Positions 30,001 through 45,000 of a DNA stretch of 64,000 nt are shown here, in pieces; position 1 is the stretch's first letter, and each line of letters starts with the position of its first letter. Under the pieces are notes generated by a model. The model did not search any database, had not been told where the DNA came from, and saw only the letters and a program-made list of their open reading frames with translations. The stretch is from NCBI GenBank assembly GCA_964016885.1, contig OZ024741.1, positions 50,964,001 through 51,028,000 of the forward strand. Direction: 5' to 3'. This DNA comes from Eledone cirrhosa. Its lineage: Eukaryota. The position numbers were made by a program, and so were the translations under genes.

Positions 30001-33000
30001 AGAGTTGGCTGATGGTTCGATGGTGGTGGATGGTGGTGTCTATGTATTGTGTGGTTATATTGGTGTAGAGAGAGTTGGCTGATGGTTCGATGGTGGTGGA
30101 TGGTGGTGTCTATGTATTGTGTGGTTATATTGATGTAAAGAGAGTTGGCTGATGGTTCGATGGTGGTGGAGGGTGGTGTCTATGTATTGTGTGGTTATAT
30201 TGGTGTAAAGAGAGTTGGCTGATGGTTCGATGGTGGTGGATGGTGGTGTCTATGTATTGTGTGGTTATATTGGTGTAGAGAGAGTTGGCTGATGGTTCGA
30301 TGGTGGTGAAGGGTGGTGTCTATGTATTGTGTGGTTATATTGGTGTAGAGTTGGCTGATGGTTCGATGGTGGTGGACGGTGGTGTCTATGTATTGTGTGG
30401 TTATATTGATGTAAAGAGAGTTGGCTGATAGTTCGATGGTGGTGGACGGTGGTGTCTATGTATTGTGTGGTTATATTGGTGTAAAGAGAGTTGGTTGATG
30501 GTTTGATGGTGGTGGATGGTGGTGTCTATGTATTGTGTGGTTATATTGGTGTAGCGAGAGTTGGTTGATGGTTCGATGGTTGTGGACGGTGGTGTCTATG
30601 TATGGTGTGGTTATATTGGTGTAAAGAGAGTTGGCTGATGGTTCGATGGTGGTGGAGGGTGGTGTCTATGTATTGTGTGGTTATATTGGTGTAAAGAGTG
30701 TTGGCTGATGGTTCGATGGTGGTGGATGGTGGTGTCTATGTATTGTGTGGTTATATCGGTGTAGAGAGAGTTGGTTGATGTTTCGATGGTGGTGGACGGT
30801 GGTGTCTGTGTATTGTGTGGTTATATTGGTGTAGAGTTGGCTGATGGTTCGATGGTGGTGGATGGTGGTGTCTATGTATTGTGTGGTTATATTGGTGTAG
30901 AGTTGGCTGATGGTTCGATGGTGGTGGACGGTGGTGTCTATGTATTGTGTGATTATATTGGTGTAGAGTGAGTTGGCTGATGGTTCGATGGTGGTGGATG
31001 GTGGTGTCTATGTATTGTGTGGTTATATTGGTGTAGAGAGAGTTGGTTGATGGTTCAATGGTGGTGGACGGTGGTGTCTATGTATTGTGTGGTTATATTG
31101 GTGTAGAGAGAGTTGGCTGATGGTTCGATGGTGGTGGACGGTGGTGTCTGTGTATTGTGTGGTTATATTGGTGTAGAGTTGGCTGATGGTTCGATGGTGG
31201 TGGATGGTGGTGTCTATGTATCGTGTGGTTATATTGGTGTAAAGAGTGTTGGCTGATGGTTCGATGGTGGTGGACGGTGGTGTCTATGTATTGTGTGGTT
31301 ATATTGGTGTAGAGAGAGTTGGCTGATGGTTCGATGGTGGTGGACGGTGGTGTCTATGTATTGTGTGGTTATATTGGTGTAAAGAGTGTTGGCTGATGGT
31401 TCGATGATGGTGGATGGTGGTGTCTATGTATCGTGTGGTTATATTGGTGTAGAGAGAGTTGGTTGATGGTTCGATGGTGGTGGACGGTGGTGTCTATGTA
31501 TTGTGTGGTTATATTGGTGTAAAGAGTGTTGGCTGATGGTTCGATGATGGTGGATGGTGGTGTCTATGTATCGTGTGGTTATATTGGTGTAGAGTTGGCT
31601 GATGGTTCGATGGTGGTGGACGGTGGTGTCTATGTATTGTGTGGTTATATTAGTGTAGAGTTGGCTGATGATTCGATGGTGGTGGACGGTGGTGTCTACG
31701 TATTGTGTGGTTATATTGGTGTAGAGTTGGCTGATGGTTCGATGGTGGTGGACGGTGGTGTCTATGTATTGTGTGGTTATATTGGTGTAGAGAGAGTTGG
31801 CTGATGGTTCGATGGTTGTGGAGGGTGGTGTCTATGTATTGTGTGGTTATATTGGTGTAGAGAGAGTTGGCTGATGGTTCGATGGTGGTGGACGGTGGTG
31901 TCTATGTATTGTGTGGTTATATTGGTGTAGAGAGAGTTGGCTGATGCTTCGATGGTGGTGGATGGTGGTGTCTAAGTATTGTGTGGTTATATTGGTGTAG
32001 AGAGAGTTGGCTGATGGTTCGATGGTGGTGGATGGTGGTTTTCTAAATTTTGTGTGTTTATATTGGTGTAGAGAGAGTTGGTTGATGGTTCGATGGTGGG
32101 GGACGGTGGTGTCTATGTATTTTGTGGTTATATTGGTGTAGATAGAGTTGGTTGATGGTTCGATGGTGGGGGACGGTGGTGTCTATGTATTGTGTGGTTA
32201 TATTGGTGTAGAGAGAGTTGGCTGATGGTTCGATGGTGGTGGACGGTGGTGTCTATGTATTGTGTGGTTATATTGGTGTAGAGAGAGTTGGCTGATGGTT
32301 CGATGGTGGTGGAGGGTGGTGTCTATGTATTGTGTGGTTATATTGGTGTAACGAGTGTTGGGTGATGGTTCGATGGTGGTGGAGGGTGGTGTCTATGTAT
32401 TGTGTGGTTATATTGGTGTAAAGAGTGTTGGTTGATGGTTCGATGGTGGTGGACTGTGGTGTCTATTTATTGTGTGGTTATATTGGTGTAAAGAGTGTTG
32501 GCTGATGGTTCGATGGTGGTGGATGGTGGTGTCTATGTATTGTGTGGTTATATTGGTGTAGAGAGAGTTGGCTGATGATTCGATGGTGGTGGTCGGTAGT
32601 GTCTATGTATCGTGTGGTTATATTGGTGTAGAGTTGGCTGATGGTTCGATGGTGGTGGACGGTGGTGTCTATGTATTGTGTGGTTATATTGGTGTAGAGA
32701 GAGTTGGTTGATGGTTCGATGGTGGTGGAGGGTGGTGTCTATGTATTGTGTGGTTATATTGGTGTAGAGTGAGTTGGCTGATGGTTCGATGGTGGTGTCT
32801 ATGTATTGTGTGGTTATATTGGTGTAGAGAGAGTTGGCTGATGGTTCGATGGTGGTGGACGGTGGTGTCTATGTATTGTGTGGTTATATTGGTGTAGAGA
32901 GAGTTGGCTGATGGTTCGATGGTGGTGGACGGTGGTGTCTATGTATTGTGTGGTTATATTGGTGTAGAGAGAGTTGGCTGATGGTTCGATGGTGGTGGAG

Positions 33001-36000
33001 GGTGGTGTCTATGTATTGTGTGGTTATATTGGTGTAGAGAGAGTTGGCTGATGGTTCGATGGTGGTGGAGGGTGGTGTCTATGTATTGTGTGGTTATATT
33101 GGTGTAAAGAGAGTTGGTTGATGGTTCGATGGTGGTGGACGGTGGTGTCTATGTATTGTGTGGTTATATTGGTGTAAAGAGAGTTGGCTGATGGTTCGAT
33201 GGTGGTGGATGGTGGTGTCTATGTATTGTGTGGTTATATTGGTGTAAAGAGAGTTGGCTGATGGTTCGATGGTGGTGGATGGTGGTGTCTATGTATTGTG
33301 TGGTTATATTGGTGTAAAGAGAGTTGGCTGATGGTTCGATGGTGGTGGATGGTGGTGTCTATGTATTGTGTGGTTATATTGGTGTAAAGAGAGTTGGCTG
33401 ATGGTTCGATGGTGGTGGACGGTGGTGTCTATGTATTGTGTGGTTATATTGGTGTAAAGAGAGTTGGCTGATGGTTCGATGGTGGTGGAGGGTGGTGTCT
33501 ATGTATTGTGTGGTTATATTGGTGTAGAGAGAGTTGGCTGATGGTTCGATGGTGGTGGAGGGTGGTGTCTATGTATTGTGTGGTTATATTGGTGTAGAGA
33601 GAGTTGGCTGATGGTTCGATGGTGGTGGATGGTGGTGTCTATGTATTGTGTGGTTATATTGGTGTAGAGAGAGTTGGTTGATGGTTCGATGGTGGTGGAT
33701 GGTGGTGTCTATGTATTGTGTGGTTATATTGGTGTAGAGAGAGTTGGTTGATGGTTCGATGGTGGGGACGGTGGTGTCTATGTATTGTGTGGTTATATTG
33801 GTGTAGAGAGAGTTGGCTGATGGTTCGATGGAGGTGGAGGGTGGTGTCTATGTATTGAGTGGTTATATTGGTGTAAAGAGTGTTGGCTGATGGTTCGATG
33901 GTGGTGGAGGGTGGTGTCTATGTATTGTGTGGTTATATTGGTGTAAAGAGTGTTGGCTGATGGTTCGATGGTGGTGGACGGTGGTGTCTATGTATTCTGT
34001 GGTTATATTGGTGTAGCGTTGGCTGATGGTTCGATGGTCGTGGAGGGTGGTGTCAATGTATTGTGTGGTTATATTGGTGTAGAGTGAGTTGGCTGATGGT
34101 TCGATGGTGGTGGATGGTGGTGTCTATGTATCGTGTGGTTATATTGGTGTAGAGAGAGTTTGGCTGATGGTTCGATGGTGGTGGACGGTGGTGTCTATGT
34201 ATCGTGTGGTTATATTGGTGTAGAGAGAGTTGGCTGATGATTCGATGGTGGTGGTCGGTAGTGTCTATGTATCGTGTGGTTATATTGGTGTAGAGTTGGC
34301 TGATGGTTCGATGGTGGTGGACGGTGGTGTCTATGTATTGTGTGGTTATATTGGTGTAGAGAGAGTTGGTTGATGGTTCGATGGTGGTGGAGCGTGGTGT
34401 CTATGTATTGTGTGGTTATATTGGTGTAGAGAGAGTTGGCTGATGGTTCGATGGTGGTGGACGGTGGTGTCTATGTATTGTGTGGTTATATTGGTGTAGA
34501 GAGAGTTGGTTGATGGTTCGATGGTGGTGGAGGGTGGTGTCTATGTATTGTGTGGTTATATTGGTGTAGAGTGAGTTGGCTGATGGTTCGATGGTGGTGG
34601 ATGGTGGTGTCTATGTATTGTGTGGTTATATTGGTGTAGAGAGAGTTGGCTGATGGTTCGATGGTGGTGGACGGTGGTGTCTATGTATTGTGTGGTTATA
34701 TTGGTGTAGAGAGAGTTGGTTGATGGTTCGATGGTGGTGGAGGGTGGTGTCTATGTATTGTGTGGTTATATTGGTGTAGAGTGAGTTGGCTGATGGTTCG
34801 ATGGTGGTGGATGGTGGTGTCTATGTATTGTGTGGTTATATTGGTGTAGAGAGAGTTGGCTGATGGTTCGATGGTGGTGGACGGTGGTGTCTATGTATTG
34901 TGTGGTTATATTGGTGTAGAGAGAGTTGGTTGATGGTTCGATGGTGGTGGAGGGTGGTGTCTATGTATTGTGTGGTTATATTAGTGTAGAGTTGGTTGAT
35001 GGTTCGATGGTGGTGGACGGTGGTGTCTATGTATTGTGTGGTTATATTGGTGTAGAGAGAGTTGGTTGATGGTTCGATGGTGGTGGAGGGTGGTGTCTAT
35101 GTATCGTGTGGTTATATTGGTGTAGAGTGAGTTGGCTGATGGTTCGATGGTGGTGGATGGTGGTGTCTATGTATTGTGTGGTTATATTGGTGTAAAGAGA
35201 GTTGGCTGATGGTTCGATGGTGGTGGACGGTGGTGTCTATGTATTGTGTGGTTATATTGGTGTAAAGAGAGTTGGCTGATGGTTCGATGGTGGTGGAGGG
35301 TGGTGTCTATGTATTGTGTGGTTATATTGGTGTAGAGAGAGTTGGCTGATGGTTCGATGGTGGTGGAGGGTGGTGTCTATGTATTGTGTGGTTATATTGG
35401 TGTAGAGAGAGTTGGCTGATGGTTCGATGGTGGTGGATGGTGGTGTCTATGTATTGTGTGGTTATATTGGTGTAGAGAGAGTTGGTTGATGGTTCGATGG
35501 TGGTGGATGGTGGTGTCTATGTATTGTGTGGTTATATTGGTGTAGAGAGAGTTGGTTGATGGTTCGATGGTGGGGGACGGTGGTGTCTATGTATTGTGTG
35601 GTTATATTGGTGTAGAGAGAGTTGGCTGATGGTTCGATGGAGGTGGAGGGTGGTGTCTATGTATTGTGTGGTTATATTGGTGTAAAGAGTGTTGGCTGAT
35701 GGTTCGATGGTGGTGGAGGGTGGTGTCTATGTATTGTGTGGTTATATTGGTGTAAAGAGTGTTGGCTGATGGTTCGATGGTGGTGGACGGTGGTGTCTAT
35801 GTATTCTGTGGTTATATTGGTGTAGCGTTGGCTGATGGTTCGATGGTCGTGGAGGGTGGTGTCAATGTATTGTGTGGTTATATTGGTGTAGAGTGAGTTG
35901 GCTGATGGTTCGATGGTGGTGGATGGTGGTGTCTATGTATCGTGTGGTTATATTGGTGTAGAGAGAGTTTGGCTGATGGTTCGATGGTGGTGGACGGTGG

Positions 36001-39000
36001 TGTCTATGTATCGTGTGGTTATATTGGTGTAGAGAGAGTTGGCTGATGATTCGATGGTGGTGGTCGGTAGTGTCTATGTATCGTGTGGTTATATTGGTGT
36101 AGAGTTGGCTGATGGTTCGATGGTGGTGGACGGTGGTGTCTATGTATTGTGTGGTTATATTGGTGTAGAGAGAGTTGGTTGATGGTTCGATGGTGGTGGA
36201 GGGTGGTGTCTATGTATTGTGTGGTTATATTGGTGTAGAGAGAGTTGGCTGATGGTTCGATGGTGGTGGACGGTGGTGTCTATGTATTGTGTGGTTATAT
36301 TGGTGTAGAGAGAGTTGGTTGATGGTTCGATGGTGGTGGAGGGTGGTGTCTATGTATTGTGTGGTTATATTGGTGTAGAGTGAGTTGGCTGATGGTTCGA
36401 TGGTGGTGGATGGTGGTGTCTATGTATTGTGTGGTTATATTGGTGTAGAGAGAGTTGGCTGATGGTTCGATGGTGGTGGACGGTGGTGTCTATGTATTGT
36501 GTGGTTATATTGGTGTAGAGAGAGTTGGTTGATGGTTCGATGGTGGTGGAGGGTGGTGTCTATGTATTGTGTGGTTATATTGGTGTAGAGTGAGTTGGCT
36601 GATGGTTCGATGGTGGTGGATGGTGGTGTCTATGTATTGTGTGGTTATATTGGTGTAGAGAGAGTTGGCTGATGGTTCGATGGTGGTAGACGGTGGTGTC
36701 TATGTATTGTGTGGTTATATTGGTGTAGAGAGAGTTGGTTGATGGTTCGATGGTGGTGGAGGGTGGTGTCTATGTATTGTGTGGTTATATCAGTGTAGAG
36801 TTGGTTGATGGTTCGATGGTGGTGGACGGTGGTGTCTATGTATTGTGTGGTTATATTGGTGTAGAGAGAGTTGGTTGATGGTTCGATGGTGGTGGAGGGT
36901 GGTGTCTATGTATTGTGTGGTTATATTGGTGTAGAGTGAGTTGGCTGATGGTTCGATGGTGGTGTCTATGTATTGTGTGGTTATATTGGTGTAGAGAGAG
37001 TTGGCTGATGGTTCGATGGTGGTGGACGGTGGTGTCTATGTATTGTGTGGTTATATTGGTGTAGAGAGAGTTGGTTGATGGTTCGATGGTGGTGGAGGGT
37101 GGTGTCTATGTATTGTGTGGTTATATTGGTGTAGAGTGAGTTGGCTGATGGTTCGATGGTGGTGGATGGTGGTGTCTATGTATTGTGTGGTTATATTGGT
37201 GTAAAGAGAGTTGGTTGATGGTTCGATGGTGGTGGAAGGTGGTGTCTATGTATTGTGTGGTTATATTGGTGTAGAGAGAGTTGTTTGATGGTTCGATGGT
37301 GGTGGAGGGTGGTGTCTATGTATTGTGTGGTTATATTGGTGTAGAGTGAGTTGGCTGATGGTTCGATGGTGGTGGATGGTGGTGTCTATGTATTGTGTGG
37401 TTATATTGGTGTAGAGAGAGTTGGCTGATGGTTCGATGGTGGTGGACGGTGCTATCTATGTATTGTGTGGTTATATTGGTGTAGAGAGAGTTGGTTGATG
37501 GTTCGATGGTGGTGGAGGGTGGTGTCTATGTATTGTGTGGTTATATTGGTGTAGAGTGAGTTGGCTGATGGTTCGATGGTGGTGGATGGTGGTGTCTATG
37601 TATCGTGTGGTTATATTGGTGTAGAGAGAGTTGGTTGATGGTTCGATGGTGGTGGAGGGTGGTGTCTATGTATAGTGTGGTTATATTGGTGTAGAGAGAG
37701 TTGGTTGATGGTTCGATGGTGGTGGATGGTGGTGTCTATGTATTGTGTGGTTATATTGGTGTAAAGAGAGTTGGCTGATGGTTCGATGGTGGTGGACGGT
37801 GGTGTCTATGTATTGTGTGGTTATATTGGTGTAGAGAGAGTTGGCTGATGGTTCGATGGTGGTGGACGGTGGTGTCTATGTATTGTGTGGTTATATTGGC
37901 GTAGAGTTGGCTGATGGTTCGATGGTGGTGGACGGTGGTGTCTATGTATTGTGTGGTTATATTGGCGTAGAGTTGGCTGATGGTTCGATGGTGGTGGAGG
38001 GTGGTGTCTATGTATTGTGTGGTTATATTGGTGTAGAGAGAGTTGGTTGATGGTTCGATGGTGGTGGATGGTGGTGTCTATGTATTGTGTGGTTATATTG
38101 GTGTAGAGAGAGTTGGCTGATGGTTCGATGGTGGTGGACGGTGGTGTCTATGTATTGTGTGGTTATTTTGGTGTAGAGAGAGTTGGCTGATGGTTCGATG
38201 GTGGTGGACGGTGGTGTCTATGTATTGTGTGGTTATATTGGCGTAGAGTTTGCTGATGGTTCGATGATGGTGGAGGGTGGTGTCTATGTATCGTGTGGTT
38301 ATATTGGTGTAGAGTTGGCTGATGGTTCGATGGTGGTGGACGGTGGTGTCTATGTATCGTGTGGTTATATTGGTGTAGAGAGAGTTGGCTGATGGTTCGA
38401 TGGTGGTGGACGGTGGTGTCTATGTATCGTGTGGTTATATTGGTGTAGAGAGAGTTGGCTGATGGTTCGATGGTGGTGGACGGTTGTGTCTATGTATTGT
38501 GTGGTTATATTGGTGTAGAGAGAGTTGGTTGATGGTTCGATGGTGGTGGAGGGTGGTGTCTATGTATTGTGTGGTTATATTGGTGTAGAGTGAGTTGGCT
38601 GATGGTTCGATGGTGGTGGATGGTGGTGTCTATGTATTGTGTGGTTATATTGGTGTAGAGAGAGTTGGCTGATGGTTCGATGGTGGTGGACGGTGGTGTC
38701 TGTGTATTGTGTGGTTATATTGGTGTAGAGTTGGCTGATGGTTCGATGGTGGTGGAGGGTGGTGTCTGTGTATTGTGTGGTTATATTGGTGTAGAGTTGG
38801 CTGATGGTACGATGGTGGTGGAGGGTGGTGTCTGTGTATTGTGTGGTTATATTCGTGTAGAGTTGGCTGATGGTTCGATGGTGGTGGAGGGTTGTGTCTG
38901 TGTATTGTGTTGTTATATTGGTGTAGAGTTGGCTGATGGTTCGATGGTGGTGGAGGGTGGTGTCTGTGTATTGTGTTGTTATATTGGTGTAGAGTTGGCT

Positions 39001-42000
39001 GATGGTTCGATTGTGGTGGAGGGTGGTGTCTGTGTATTGTGTTGTTATATTGGTGTAGAGTTGGCTGATGGTTCGATGGTGGTGGACGGTGGTGTCTATG
39101 TATTGTGTGGTTATATATGTGTAGAGAGAGTTGGCTGATGGTTCGATGGTGGTATCTATGTATTGTGTAGTTATATTGTTGTAGAGAGTGTTGGCTGATG
39201 GTTCAATGGTGGTGGATGGTGGTGTCTATGTATTGTGTGGTTATATTGGTGTAGAGTTGGCTGATGGTTCGATGGTGGTGGATGGTGGTGTCGATGTATT
39301 GTGTGGTTATATTGGTGTAGAGAGAGTTTGGCTGATGGTTCGATGGTGGTGGACGGTGGTGTCTATGTATTGTGTGGTTATATTGGTGTAAAGAGTGTTG
39401 GCTGATGGTTCGATGGTGGTGGAGGGTGGTGTCTATGTATTGTGTGGTTATATTGGTGTAGAGAGAGTTGGCTGATGGTTCGATGATGGTGGATGGTGGG
39501 GTCTATGTATTGTGTGGTTATATTGGTGTAGAGTGAGTTGGCTGATGGTTCGATGGTGGTGGATGGTGGTGTCTATGTATTGTGTGGTTATATTGGTGTA
39601 GAGAGAGTTGGTTGATGGTTCGATGGTGGTGGAGGGTGGTGTCTATGTATTGTGTGGTTATATTGGTGTAGAGTGAGTTGGCTGATGGTTCGATGGTGGT
39701 GGATGGTGGTGTCTATGTATTGTGTGGTTATATTGGTGTAGAGAGAGTTGGCTGATGGTTCGATGGTGGTGGACGGTGGTGTCTGTGTATTGTGTGGTTA
39801 TATTGGTGTAGAGTTGGCTGATGGTTCGATGGTGGTGGAGGGTGGTGTCTGTGTATTGTGTGGTTATATTGGTGTAGATTTGGCTGATGGTTCGATGGTG
39901 GTGGAGGGTGGTGTCTGTGTATTGTGTGGTTATATTCGTGTAGAGTTGGCTGATGGTTCGATGGTGGAGGAGGGTGGTGTCTGTGTATTGTGTTGTTATA
40001 TTGGTGTAGAGTTGGCTGATGGTTCGATGGTGGTGGAGGGTGGTGTCTATGTATTGTGTAGTTATATTGTTGTAGAGAGTGTTGGCTGATGGTTCAATGG
40101 TGGTGGATGGTGGTGTCTATGTATTGTGTGGTTATATTGGTGTAGAGTTGGCTGATGGTTCGATGGTGGTGGATGGTGGTGTCTATGTATTGTGTGGTTA
40201 TATTGGTGTAGAGAGAGTTTGGCTGATGGTTCGATGGTGGTGGACGGTGGTGTCTATGTATTGTGTGGTTATATTGGTGTAAAGAGTGTTGGCTGATGGT
40301 TCGATGGTGGTGGAGGGTGGTGTCTATGTATTGTGTGGTTATATTGGTGTAGAGAAAGTTGGCTGATGGTTCGATGATGGTGGATGGTGGGGTCTATGTA
40401 TTGTGTGGTTATATTGGTGTAGAGAGAGTTTGGCTGATGGTTCGATGGTGGTGGACGGTGGTGTCTATGTATTGTGTGGTTATATTGGTGTAGAGAGAGT
40501 TGGCTGATGATTCGATGGTGGTGGACGGTGGTGTCTATGTATTGTGTGGTTATATTGGTGTAGAGAGAGTTTGGCTGATGGTTCGATGGTGGTGGATGGT
40601 GGTGTCTATGTATTGTGTGGTTATATTGGTGTAGAGAGAGTTGGCTGATGATTCGATGGTGGTGGACGGTGGTGTCTATGTATTGTGTGCTTATATTGGT
40701 GTAGAGAGAGTTGGCTGATGGTTCGATGGTGGTGGACGGTGGTGTCTATGTATTGTGTGGTTATATTGGTGTAGAGAGAGTTGGCTGATGGTTCGATGGT
40801 GGTGGACGGTGGTGTCTATGTATTGTGTGGTTATATTGGTGTAGAGAGAGTTGGTTGATGGTTCGATGGTGGTGGATGGTGGTGTCTATGTATTGTGTGG
40901 TTATATTGGTGTAGAGAGAGTTGGCTGATGGTTCGATGGTGGTGGAGGGTGGTGTCTATGTATTGTGTGGTTATATTGGTGTAGAGAGAGTTGGCTGATG
41001 GTTCGATGATGGTGGATGTTGGGGTCTATGTATTGTGTGGTTATATTGGTGTAGAGAGAGTTTGGCTGATGGTTCGATGGTGGTGGACGGTGGTGTCTAT
41101 GTATCGTGTGGTTATATTGGTGTAGAGAGAGTTGGCTGATGATTCGATGGTGGTGGACGGTGGTGTCTATGTATTGTGTGCTTATATTGGTGTAGAGAGA
41201 GTTGGCTGATGGTTCGATGGTGGTGGATGGTGGTGTCTATGTATTGTGTGGTTATATTGGTGTAGAGAGAGTTGGCTGATGGTTCGATGGTGGTGGACGG
41301 TGGTGTCTATGTATTGTGTGGTTATATTGGTGTAGAGAGAGTTGGTTGATGGTTCGATGGTGGTGGAGGGTGGTGTCTATGTATTGTGTGGTTATATTGT
41401 TGTAGAGTGAGTTGGCTGATGGTTCGATGGTGGTGGATGGTGGTGTCTATGTATCGTGTGGTTATATTGGTGTAGAGAGAATTTGGCTGATGGTTCGATG
41501 GTGTGGACGGTGGTGTCTATGTATTGTGTGGTTATATTAGTGTAGAGTTGGCTGATGGTTCGATGGTGGTGGACGGTGGTGTCTATGTATCGTGTGGTTA
41601 TATTGGTGTAGAGAGAGTTGGTTGATGGTTCGATGGTGGTGGACGGTGGTGTCTATGTATCGTGTGGTTATATTGGTGTAAAGAGAGTTGGCTGATGGTT
41701 CGATGGTGGTGGACGGTGGTGTCTATGTATTGTGTGGTTATATTGGTGTAAAGAGAGTTGGCTGATGGTTCGATGGTGGTGGACGGTGGGGTCTATGTAT
41801 TGTGTGGTTATATTGGTGTAGAGTGAGTTGGTTGATGGTTCGATGGTGGTGGAGGGTGGTGTCTATGTATTGTGTGGTTATATTGGTGTAGAGAGAGTTG
41901 GCTGATGGTTCGATGGTGGTGGAGGGTGGTGTCTATGTATTGTGTGGTTATATTGGTGTAGAGTTGGCTGATGGTTCGATGGTGGTGGACGGTGGTGTCT

Positions 42001-45000
42001 ATGTATTGTGTGGTTATATTGGTGTAGAGAGAGTTGGTTGATGGTTCGATGGTGGTGGATGGTGGTGTCTATGTATTGTGTGGTTATATTGGTGTAGAGA
42101 GAGTTGGCTGATGGTTCGATGGTGGTGGACGGTGGTGTCTATGTATTGTGTGGTTATATTGGTGTAAAGAGTGTTGGCTGATGGTTCGATGATGGTGGAT
42201 GGTGGTGTCTATGTATCGTGTGGTTATATTGGTGTAGAGTTGGCTGATGGTTCGATGGTGGTGGACGGTGGTGTCTATGTATTGTGTGGTTATATTGGTG
42301 TAAAGAGTGTTGGCTGATGGTTCGATGGTGGTGGACGGTGGTGTCTATGTATGGTGTGGTTATATTGGTGTAGAGTTGGCTGATGGTTCGATGGTGGTGG
42401 ACGCTGGTGTCTATGTATTGTGTGGTTATATTGGTGTAAAGAGTGTTGGCTGATGGTTCGATGATGGTGGATGGTGGTGTCTATGTATCGTGTGGTTATA
42501 TTGGTGTAGAGTTGGCTGATGGTTCGATGGTGGTGGACGGTGGTGTCTATGTATTGTGTGGTTATATTGGTGTAAAGAGTGTTGGCTGATGGTTCGATGG
42601 TGGTGGACGGTGGTGTCTATGTATTGTGTGGTTATATTGGTGTAAAGAGTGTTGGCTGATGGTTCGATGATGGTGGATGGTGGTGTCTACGTATCGTGTG
42701 GTTATATTGGTGTAGAGTTGGCTGATGGTTCGATGGTGGTGGACGGTGGTGTCTATGTATTGTGTGGTTATATTGGTGTAGAGAGAGTTGGCTGATGGTT
42801 CCATGGTGGTGGACGGTGGTGTCTGTGTATTGTGTGGTTATATTGGTGTAAACAGAGTTGGCTGATGGTTCGATGGTGGTGGACGGTGGTGTCTATGTTT
42901 TGTGTGGTTATAGTGGTGTAGAGTTGGCTGATGGTTCGATGGTGGTGGACGGTGGTGTCTATGTATTGTGTGGTTATATTGGTGTAAAGTTGGCTGTTGG
43001 TTCGATGGTGGTGGACGGTGGTGTCTATGTATTGTGTGGTTATATTGGTGTAGAGTTGGCTGATGGTTCGATGGTGGTGGACGGTGGTGTCTATGTATTG
43101 TGTGGTTATATTGGTGTAGAGAGAGTTGGCTGATGGTTCAATGGTGGTGGACGGTGGTGTCTATGTATTGTGTGGTTATATTGGTGTAGAGAGAGTTGGT
43201 TGATGGTTCAATGGTGGTGGAGGGTGGTGTCTATGTATTGTGTGGTTATATTGGTGTAGAGAGAGTTGGCTGATGGTTCGATGGTGGTGGACGGTGGTGT
43301 CTATGTATTGTGTGGTTATATTGGTGTAGAGAGAGTTGGCTGATGGTTCGATGGTGGTGGACGGTGGTGTCTATGTATTGTGTGGTTATATTGGTGTAGA
43401 GAGAGTTGGCTGATGGTTCGATGGTGGTGGACGGTGGTGTCTATGTATTGTGTGGTTATATTGGTGTAGAGAGAGTTGGCTGATGGTTCGATGGTGGTGG
43501 AAGGTGGTGTCTAAGTATTGTGTGGTTATATTGGTGTAGAGAGAGTTGGTTGATGGTTCGATGGTGGTGGATGGTGGCGTCTATGTATCGTGTGGTTATA
43601 TTGGTGTAGAGAGAGTTGGTTGATGGTTCGATGGTGGTGGAGGGTGGTGTCTATGAATTGTGCGGTTATATTGGTGTAGAGAGAGTTGGCTGATGGTTCG
43701 ATGGTGGTGGATGGTGGTGTCTATGTATTGTGTGGTTATATTGGTGTAGAGAGAGTTGGCTGATGGTTCGATGGTGGTGGATGGTGGTGTCTATGTATTG
43801 TGTGGTTATATTGGTGTAGAGTAGTTGGCTGATGGTTCGATGGTGGTGGATGGTGGTATCTATGTATTGTGTGGTTATATTGGTGTAGAGAGAGTTGGCT
43901 GATGGTTCGATGGTGGTGGACGGTGGTGTCTATGTATTGTGTGGTTATATTGGTATTGAGAGAGTTGGCTGATGGTTCGATGGTGGTGGACGGTGGTGTC
44001 TAAGTATTGTGTGGTTATATTGGTGTAGAGTAGTTGGCTGATGGTTCGATGGTGGTGGATGGTGGTATCTATGTATTGTGTGGTTATATTGGTGTAGAGA
44101 GAGTTGGCTGATGGTTCGATGGTGGTGGACGGTGGTGTCTATGTATTGTGTGGTTATATTGGTATTGAGAGAGTTGGCTGATGGTTCGATGGTGGTGGAC
44201 GGTGGTGTCTATGTATTGTGTGGTTATATTGGTGTAGAGAGAGTTGGCTGATGGTTCGATGGTGGTGGACGGTGGTGTCTATGTATTGTGTGGTTATATT
44301 GGTGTAGAGAGAGTTGGCTGATGGTTCGATGGTGGTGGACGGTGGTGTCTATGTATTGTGTGGTTATATTGGTGTAGAGAGAGTTGGCTGATGGTTCGAT
44401 GGTGGTGGAAGGTGGTGTCTAAGTATTGTGTGGTTATATTGGTGTAGAGAGAGTTGGCTGATGGTTCGATGGTGGTGGATGGTGGCGTCTATGTATCGTG
44501 TGGTTATATTGGTGTAGAGAGAGTTGGTTGATGGTTCGATGGTGGTGGAGGGTGGTGTCTATGAATTGTGTGGTTATATTGGTGTAGAGAGAGTTGGCTG
44601 ATGGTTCGATGGTGGTGGATGGTGGTGTCTATGTATTGTGTGGTTATATTGGTGTAGAGAGAGTTGGCTGATGGTTCGATGGTGGTGGATGGTGGTGTCT
44701 ATGTATTGTGTGGTTATATTGGTGTAGAGAGAGTTGGTTGATGGTTCGATGGTGGTGGACGGTGGTGTCTAAGTATTGTGTGGTTATATTGGTGTAGAGA
44801 GAGTTGGCTGATGGTTCGATGGTGGTGGATGGTGGTATCTATGTATTGTGTGGTTATATTGGTGTAGAGAGAGTTGGCTGATGGTTCGATGGTGGTGGAC
44901 GGTGGTGTCTATGTATTGTGTGGTTATATTGGTGTAGAGAGAGTTGGCTGATGGTTCGATGGTGGTGGATGGTGGTGTCTATGTATTGTGTGGTTATATT

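Noticed and set aside
180-43133. ORFs of 22-aa repeats (LADGSMVVDGGVYVLCGYIGVE)
   Set aside because: They arise only where several 66-bp monomers are adjacent; interspersed 70-bp monomers break the frame, and starts are non-ATG
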